DNA of 64,000 nucleotides from Vitrella brassicaformis CCMP3155 (Eukaryota; Protista; Chromerida). A program made the translations under genes and the position numbers. Position 1 is the stretch's first letter. Each line of letters starts with the position of its first letter. This document shows, in pieces, positions 59,501 to 64,000 of the stretch. The stretch covers positions 62,001-126,000 of the forward strand of contig CDMY01000170.1 in the NCBI GenBank assembly GCA_001179505.1. The letters run 5' to 3'. Below the pieces are notes generated by a model, which had not been told where the DNA came from, did no database searches, and was given only the letters and a program-made list of their open reading frames with translations.

Positions 59501-59602
59501 CAGGCGGTGAGCTCGGTGGAGGGCAAGCTGACCAAGAAGGCGGTCCCGATGAACAACCCAGAGGACCTGTCGCTCAGCGTCATGCGCATCTTCGCGTCAT
59601 AG
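56596..59602 (+). CDS. GNAT acetyltransferase-like domain fused to a PhzF-family isomerase
   Basis: GNAT part: IVRRLEEGDEEACAQMDGEAF...LQGVVMG...HELDGGTLQLYCV...MGIACLVKCYL...RVSVCCK. PhzF part: FTGNP, NETCF, RSFTPHCEVDCGHA, SRFFAPRIGIPEDPVT, AYQLSHRGG. Confidence 0.85.
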
Positions 59603-61075
59603 CTCGTGTGTAGCACATAGCAACAGAGGGCATGTGAGGGGAGGGGAGGGGAAGGAGGGGAAGGAGGGGAAGGAGGGGAAGAATGGAGAGGTATCTTTTT
59701 CGTGGTCTCCGGAGAGAGATGGGCAAATGGTTGTTTGGTTGTGTAACTAGATAGCTGTGTGTTGAATTTAGGGGCGGGTGGCCGACTGATTGAATGGAAT
59801 CTGCATTCGGTGACACAGAGAGAGAGAGAGAGAGAGGCGACTTTTGTAACATGACAAGACGTGAATGCAATGCATCTTTCGGGGGGCTGGGTGAGCGGTA
59901 ATGCTTTTTGCCTAGCTACTTGCCATGTTTTTCGTCGGTCGAGGGCGATACGATGCGTGCGGTGCTTTCTACGGGATGGGGTCGTGACGGCGCCCCAGAC
60001 AGCGAACGCGTGTGTGGTGTGTGCGTATCGTGTATGTGGTGTGGTGTGTCATGTCATGTCGCTCCGAATGGACGGACTGGTGGCGCACAGCACAGCTGGG
60101 GTTTATCTATCTATCGGCCGATCAATCGACGAATGAATGGGCGGTGATCGACGGGCAATGGGGGTGTGTGTGTGTGTGTGTGCGTCCAACCGGTGTGTGG
60201 TGTGTAATCCAGTGCAGTGTGTGCTGTGTATTTTTCTCCTCTGCGGGAAAGCTTTACTCGACCCCCGGTTTCTTTTGTAGTGTGGCTGCGTGTGGCTGGC
60301 TGACTGGCATCAGGAAGGGACAGTGACAAGACAGAGGTGCGGTTTGTTTGTTGATGTCGATCTGTCGCGAAGCCCGGTGGTGTTGCGGTCGTCCTTCGGG
60401 CCTCGTTCATCTCCCGCAGCAGCGAACACACATAGTCATGAGCGGCGCTGCGTGTCTGCTGCTGAGGGAAGTGTCTGCGTGACACGTGAGACGGCGGCAC
60501 ACACACAGGGCAGGCATGATTGGATGGACTAACGGACGGACGATGGATGGATGGATGGATCTGGCTGCCCCCACGACTGACTGCGTACATGGATGGATCT
60601 CTAGTGTTGCCTCCCTTGGTGGCGACTACACATTCACTCATTGGCGCCCAGCCAGCCAGAGAGATGACGATTTTTGCCTCTAGCTGTGTACGGCACAACA
60701 CATGGACGAGGGTGAGAGTGGGGAGGGGTGTGAGTCGCCGCATGCGGCTTTGCTGATCGGGGTATCTATCTTTTCATCTTGTGTCCATCATCGCGTGTGC
60801 ACGTGAGTGAGTGAGTTGATGACATACCATACACCATGGCTGCGTGTCCGTCCGTCTGTTCGTGCTTATAGCTGCGTGTGTATTTTTCTCCCATTGCTCG
60901 ATATCGATGCGTGGATGAATGAGTGAATCGGAATGCGTTGTGCGTTGCTGACAGACGTCTCCCTGCTTGCGTGTCTCGACACTTTCTGCATGCCTCCGAC
61001 CGTGTAATCAACGGCCAGCTTGAAGCTCGCAACGGTGGGGGCTCGACGCGAATTCAACTTCGGTTGTCCTCACAC

Positions 61076-63510
61076 ATGGCATCGCCAGCAACGATGGTGA
61101 GATATGACATTGGCCGTTCAGGTTAGTTGCGGATGTCATGTGTCCGTGTACCCCGATCAGAAACGGGGGAACAGCCTGTGCCGATCTGATGAGGCATTGT
61201 GCGAGGGTAAGGAATATGAGGATTTTTGCGCCAAATACGACGCAATAAGTGAGGCTAACGAGACGTTCAAGGATGCCGCAAGAAGGGGCGACGAGGAGGC
61301 TGTCACTCAGTTGATGAACACTCACGGCGTGGACTTCGTGGAGGTCCATTGGAGCGTGAAGAAGACAGCAAATGAACTCAGTGAATGTTTGTGCGTTCTC
61401 ATTTCTGCAGCGGGAACTCTTCCTTGAAGCTGCACTTCAGGGCCACGTGGGCATCATGTCTGTCATGTATAAGAGCAAACCTGACGTACTGCTGCAAACA
61501 AACAAGGTACCAACAAAGACAAACCATCTTGTGTGCTGCGACTGCTGCTGATGAGAAGATGTGTTGGCTTGATGGAATGCAGACTGGTGAGACTGCCATG
61601 CACTTGGCTGCCTACCATGGCCATCTTGCGGCGGTCGATCAGCTGCTGGAGTGGGATCCCAAACTGATCGATGCACGCGGCGCGGTAACAAAGCACACAC
61701 ATGTGTCTGAGCGACGAGGATGGTACTGGTATGTGCTTGTCGCATGATTGAGATGGTCCATTGACGCATGATGAGCGACCGCCGCTGTTGTGCTATGTGT
61801 CAACGCATTTTCCCCCGTCTGACGCCTGAGCGTGTCGATGGTGTGATTGCAGGATGGCTGGACGCCGTTCATGAGGGCTGCCGAGGAAGGTCATGTGGAT
61901 GTGATGGAGTTTTTGTATGCCAAAGGAGGGGTCTCTGTTCTGACGCAACAGGCTAATGTGAGACACAGTCGAGCGGACAATGTGTCTCTCATCTGATTGA
62001 TTGCCTTTCCCTCTGTGGATGACACACACACAGCCCGGAACCACGGCACTCCATAAGGCTGTAAACTGGGGCAAATCTGCAGCGGTGTCTCAGATGTGAG
62101 CGACACTGATGAATGACTGACGCGAACATCTCATCCACACACATTCTCTCTGCGTCGCTGGCTGGACAGGCTCGAGTGGGGCGGCGGTGCTCTGCTGGAC
62201 ATCAAGGACAATGACGTGAGTGCACACAGATGTGGTTCACACCATCATCGATGGTCGAGTGGTGTGCTCATCGTATCTCATGACGACAGGGGGACACGCC
62301 GTGGGACTATGCGGAGGACAAGCCGGAGATCAGAGAGACCATGAAGAAGTACAAGCAGCCTGTAAGGGAGTGACTTACACGCCCAGACACACGGAGCAAC
62401 ACACGCAATGAGGGGCCATCGGATGTGTGTGGGCATCCTTGACCAATGTCAGGCCGATGACATCTTCGACGCCGTGAAGCCGGCGATGAGGAAGCCGTTT
62501 GTATGTTCATCAACAAAAGAGGAAATGAGATCCTCAATTATTCGGGGAAATGCAAAAAAAACGTCTTCGGGGTATGCAATCGTGAGGACGACAGAAATGC
62601 ACTTCAGTGGTCTGTGTGTTTTGCGCAGCGGACACCCTTCCTTTGGGCTGCATTCTATGGTCACGTGGGCATCATGTCTGTCATGTATAAGAGCAAACCC
62701 GACGTACTGCAGCAAACAGACGGGGTACCGACACAGCTAAACCATCTTGTGTCCTGCTCGTGATGAGATGCATTTGCTTTGATTGAAATGCAGGTCCTTG
62801 GTGAGACTGCCATGCATGCGGCTGCCGAGAAGGGCCATCTTGCGGCTGTCAATCAGCTGCTGGAGTGGGATCCCAAACTGATCGATGCACGCAGCAATGT
62901 AAGGGAGCACACACATGTCTCTGGCGCCTCTTTTATGAGGACTGCATGGGGGTGTGTGTTGATTTTACAGTCCGGCAAGACGCCATTCGTCGGGGCTGCC
63001 GAGAAAGGGCATGTGGATGTGATGACTGCCATGATTGACAAAGGAGGGCACAAGCAGGACCTACTCACACAGAAGGACAAAGTGAGAGACGCAGGAAGAC
63101 AAAGTGTCTCTGATCTGTTTGAATGCCTTTCCCTGTGTGGATGCCACACACGCCAGGACGGCTGGACGGCACTCCATTATGCTGCATCTGGGGGCTGCTC
63201 TGCAGCGGTGTCTCAGCTGTGAGCGACACTGATGAATGACTGACGCGAACATCTCATCCACACACATTCTTCTGCGTTGCTGGCTGGACAGGCTCGAGTG
63301 GGGCGGCGGTGCTCTGCTGAACATCAAGGACAATGACGTGAGTGCACACAGATGTGGTTCACACCACCATCGATGGTTGAGTGATCTGCTCATCGTATCT
63401 CATGACGACAGGGGGACACGCCGTGGGACAAGGCGAAAAACCAGCCGGAGATCAGAGAGATCATGAAGAAGTACAAGCCTATGTGTCGGTCTCGCTGCAT
63501 GATTATGTGA
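61076..63510 (+). pseudogene. Ankyrin-repeat protein made of two tandemly duplicated modules; frameshift at the start of module 2
   Basis: GETAMHLAAYHGHLAAVDQLL, GWTPFMRAAEEGHVDVM, GWTALHYAASGG. Exons and introns of about 61410-62380 are repeated at about 62630-63480. 1-nt deletion at about 62480. Confidence 0.7.
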
Positions 63511-63799
63511 GTCAGAGTCTGTCGGTTACTCGCGTATTGTGAGTGTGTGATCTGACAGTAGGCTTCGACTGATAATGTGTCGTCATAAACCGAGGCTGTC
63601 ACTTGCATGTATTCATGGAAATGACTCTCTGTCTCTCTCACAGTGAAAGAACTGCTACGGCGCCTTCAGCTGGTGGTCCAAGTGCATGCCGCAGCGCAAC
63701 CGCACCTGCTCGCAATGCAGCGTCTACTCCGTCATCCGCCCGGCCTACGGCAACCGCCTCCTGCTGCCACGTCAGCTTGTCAAAGACAGGGTCATTCTA

Positions 63800-64000
63800 T
63801 CATGCACACTCTTCCCCCTCCTCTGACTCCATGTCTATCTGCGGCACATGATCCAAAATCGCCGCGAACCTACGCCGGTTCTCGTCCCCCAGGCCCCTCA
63901 GCAGCTTGTCCAGATAATGCTGCACCTTGCTGCTCTCACCAAGGCCTCGATTGAGCGCCCCAGCGCCGTCGCGATAGGTCTCGAGATCATCGACGTAGAG
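63800..64000 (-). CDS. 3' end of a hypothetical CDS entering from the right edge
   Basis: Open frame ...IEALVRAARCSIIWDKLLRGLGDENRRRFAAILDHVPQIDMESEEGEECA* ends in TGA at 63802-63800. Confidence 0.4.
   Translation of the reverse strand, partial: LYVDDLETYRDGAGALNRGLGESSKVQHYLDKLLRGLGDENRRRFAAILDHVPQIDMESEEGEECA

Noticed and set aside
59636-59683. Purine-rich (GGGGAAGGA)n tract after the PhzF stop
   Set aside because: Simple low-complexity 3'UTR repeat; G-quadruplex potential is common in this genome and not distinctive.
1-64000. Most of the several hundred ORF-track entries (Cys/Val- or His/Thr-rich, many antisense)
   Set aside because: They are translations of (GT)n/(CA)n intron repeats or shadow frames of GC-rich exons; spliced models explain the same DNA.
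1-64000. tRNA, rRNA, or autonomous transposon (RT, integrase, transposase) genes
   Set aside because: I recognised no cloverleaf, rRNA signature or RT/DDE motif by eye; a covariance or HMM search would be needed to exclude them fully.

Overview
Intron-rich eukaryotic genomic DNA with short GT-AG introns full of (GT)n/(CA)n, (CAGA)n and (GATG)n repeats and one 300-N gap. It comes from a plastid-bearing, flagellated alveolate, and the style best fits a chromerid such as Vitrella (inference). Most ORF-track entries are exon fragments or spurious frames, so I spliced gene models by hand. In order the window holds: a partial hypothetical gene; a PsbQ/Psb31-like lumenal protein; two tandem F-box-like paralogs, one with a premature stop and one with a frameshift; an F-box+TBC protein; a STRA6-like receptor locus (13150-19870); a small membrane protein; a RING-H2+UBA protein; a bacterial-type secreted propeller-like protein; a divergent F1-ATPase alpha paralog; an SPFH protein; a RAP-domain protein; a sideroflexin with a bipartite plastid-type leader; a third F-box-like family gene; an importin-5-like protein; LRRC23; a USP20/33-like deubiquitinase; a GNAT-PhzF fusion; and a duplicated, decaying ankyrin gene. 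The top candidates for new biology are four: (1) the STRA6-like locus, which reads as one giant receptor gene broken at three points; (2) a recurrent AGCTCGCA motif just upstream of start codons, often in ~150-bp head-to-head gaps; (3) the F1-alpha paralog lacking the arginine-finger segment; (4) the apparently plastid-targeted sideroflexin. All family calls rest on motif recognition from memory, with no database search.
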